A stretch of 55,865 bases of DNA, counting the filler, from Platydemus manokwari (Eukaryota), in NCBI GenBank assembly GCA_037951405.1. It is 5 parts of 5 records of this genome, joined end to end, with 100 filler letters (N's around TTAATTAATTAA, not from the genome) between each part and the next. Parts side by side here need not be neighbours in the genome. Positions count along the whole stretch, not along the records: positions 41,192 to 55,865 come from JBBMOY011416978.1; 4 more parts are not named here. One strand, 5' to 3'. Under the pieces are notes generated by a model that was not told the origin of the DNA, made no database searches, and worked only from the letters and a program-made list of their open reading frames with translations. Position 1 is the first letter of the stretch. Each line of letters begins with the position of its first letter. The position numbers were made by a program, and so were the translations under genes. This document shows, piece after piece, positions 53,765-55,865 of this stretch.

Positions 53765-54050
53765 AAGACAAGGATGCATAATTTTCCTCGAATTATTGTA
53801 ACTTGGCTTTCTGGCAAAATGACATTTTCTGAACGGATGCCCTTCTTTTTGCATATTAAAAATTTATTCCGTAGTGGACATTCAAACTTCGGGTGTCCAA
53901 GCTCACCACAACAAAAACAAGCTCTTGGTCTTAAATAATCACTACGTGGTCTAGGCTTTCCTCTTTGTAAAATTTAGACGCAATAGCTTGTATTAATTGT
54001 TAGTTTCATATTATTTGGAGATTCAATGTGATTAACTGGTGCATAATGAT
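53765..54050 (-). pseudogene. Retrotransposon gag C-terminal remnant with two CCHC zinc knuckles
   Basis: RACFCCGELGHPKFECP followed by a frameshifted ICKKKGH-PFRKC. Confidence 0.65.
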
Positions 54051-55865
54051 ATACCTATGTTAAAAAAGAATAAATGAAATATATTAACTTAAAATAGTAA
54101 CTGCTATTGTTAGATTAATATTCTCATAAATTTGAATAGGAAGAAGTGAACAACTCAATTCTCCCGGACTCTATGGATCTGCTACTGTTCGCAACCATGT
54201 AAAAGGAATGAAACATCAAAAACTTGAACATAAAATATTAAAGTAATGGTGAGGGATACCCCAGTCCTTCGTGAAGATAACCTTTATGCATAAATAAATC
54301 TTAGATTTTTTTTACCACTGAGATTCACAATAAACCTTATTTACAGAATCACGACGATAAAATAAGTCTAAACCAAAAGTTAAATTATAAGTGTGCCACC
54401 CGAAAGACGAAGATGAAAATGAAAATTTATTGACTGCAATTTTATCTCAGAACACACTTGCATAATATTAATTCTGTGCACTGATTTTTATTTGTTTAAG
54501 TTTGCTTAAGAATTCTGATTGGATATTTTTCTTCATTTTTTCTGCCGTTGCTCTATATGAACTTTCGTTCATTTCGTATTTCTCAATTTAAAAAGTCTGT
54601 TATTAACTATTCGGATAATATCTATTGCCTTGGGGTGCGTATGCCATTTCTGGTTTAATACAAAGATTTGGCGGTAATTTCAAGTCTTTTTTATACACTA
54701 GAAATATTTCTTTCTACGAATAATATTTTGTTCCAAAATCTTAAAACAAAGAGGCTGAATCATCTTGTTGGATGTTTGAAGTGTGCTCATTTAAATTTTT
54801 GTAAACATTGGTTGAAATTTTACCATATCGACTACGTATTTCTATATAAAATAACATCATTTTTGATATAACAATGATCATTGAAAATTTATAATGATCT
54901 CAATGACAATTGTTTAGACAATGCTGGTTTGACTAATTGGTTAGATACTGTCATTTTGATTAATTGATTAGATAACGTTGAAGTTAATTTTTGTTGAGAT
55001 ATTTTCGGAAAACTTTTATTAATTATTCCTTCTATTTATATTAAAGATTTCTCAATTATATTTTGCTTTATTACTTATTATTATATTTATACTGTTATTC
55101 ATTTATTTATGCTATTACTACAATTAGTTTATAACATTTTCTATTTAAATACTTATTTCATTCTATTTTTGAGTTTTTAAATTATTATGGTTCTATTTTT
55201 GCTAAAAAAGAATACTTTTAGTGAAGGATGAGTTACATTTTTATGGAAAATTTTTATCTATTGATTAGTATTTATTATAGGGTTGTATACAACAATGTAT
55301 AGTTGCTTTTGGAGCTATAATGGTCCTTCTATCAGGTTCTTCTATTTTCATCAGGCTCCATTCAAACATTATTTACTCTTGATTTTTCTTGATAAATTTT
55401 ACTCAAGACAAGGCAAATGATAAATAGATAGTTCTTTTATTTTTCGAAATAATATCGAATTTCGTCGTCATTTTTATTAAACCTGCTCACTTTTGTGTTT
55501 TGATTATGTGTTCACACTCTTCCGAATTTCTACTACATTAATGGTAGTTTGTATTCATGTTTGTTATTCACTTTATTTTCAACACTTTGTTTTATAAAAT
55601 TAATTTAACTTTAATAAAGATTTGTCTGCATATATTTTGGTCTCATTTGATATTAATAATCTTCAGATTGTTTGTATCGCAACCCACCAAAAGAATATTG
55701 ATAGTATTTAAATATCACATTATTTAGGTTCTTATTAAATGTGACAGGTTTCTGATAGCAATAAACATTACTTTTTAAAAATTTAAATATAATACAATAG
55801 TGTTGGAATCCCCACTCATCACGAACTCGTAAATTATAATTAACCCACTCAGACACCCTTTATAT

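Noticed and set aside
55653-55865. Possible exon at the window end with faint small-GTPase-like wording in one frame
   Set aside because: Stops in that frame and no G-box motifs.
1-55865. CRISPR arrays, operons or prokaryotic defence systems
   Set aside because: No repeat-spacer arrays seen; the DNA is eukaryotic with spliceosomal introns.

Overview
Very AT-rich eukaryotic nuclear DNA, not prokaryotic. It is five separate contigs joined by artificial 100-nt linkers (N44-TTAATTAATTAA-N44 at 8831, 22071, 31994 and 41092), so neighbourhood across linkers means nothing. A mitochondrial insert (trnE-nad6-nad5, read with TGA=Trp and AGA=Ser) and ~45-nt introns point to a triclad planarian host; this is inference. 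Intact-looking host genes: a 2-exon Slo/BK-family K+ channel that has lost most known voltage, Ca2+ and Mg2+ sensor residues but keeps the heme motif; a compact Lsm11; an intronless double-RING protein; and PRPF19. The rest is mostly mobile DNA: a decayed Polinton/Maverick-type protein-primed DNA polymerase with a duplicated zinc-finger N-terminus, an internally deleted mariner, and nested Ty3/Gypsy elements. One Gypsy family has very short LTRs (93-204 bp) and 5-bp TSDs, and its gag ATG is formed by the LTR/primer-binding-site junction.
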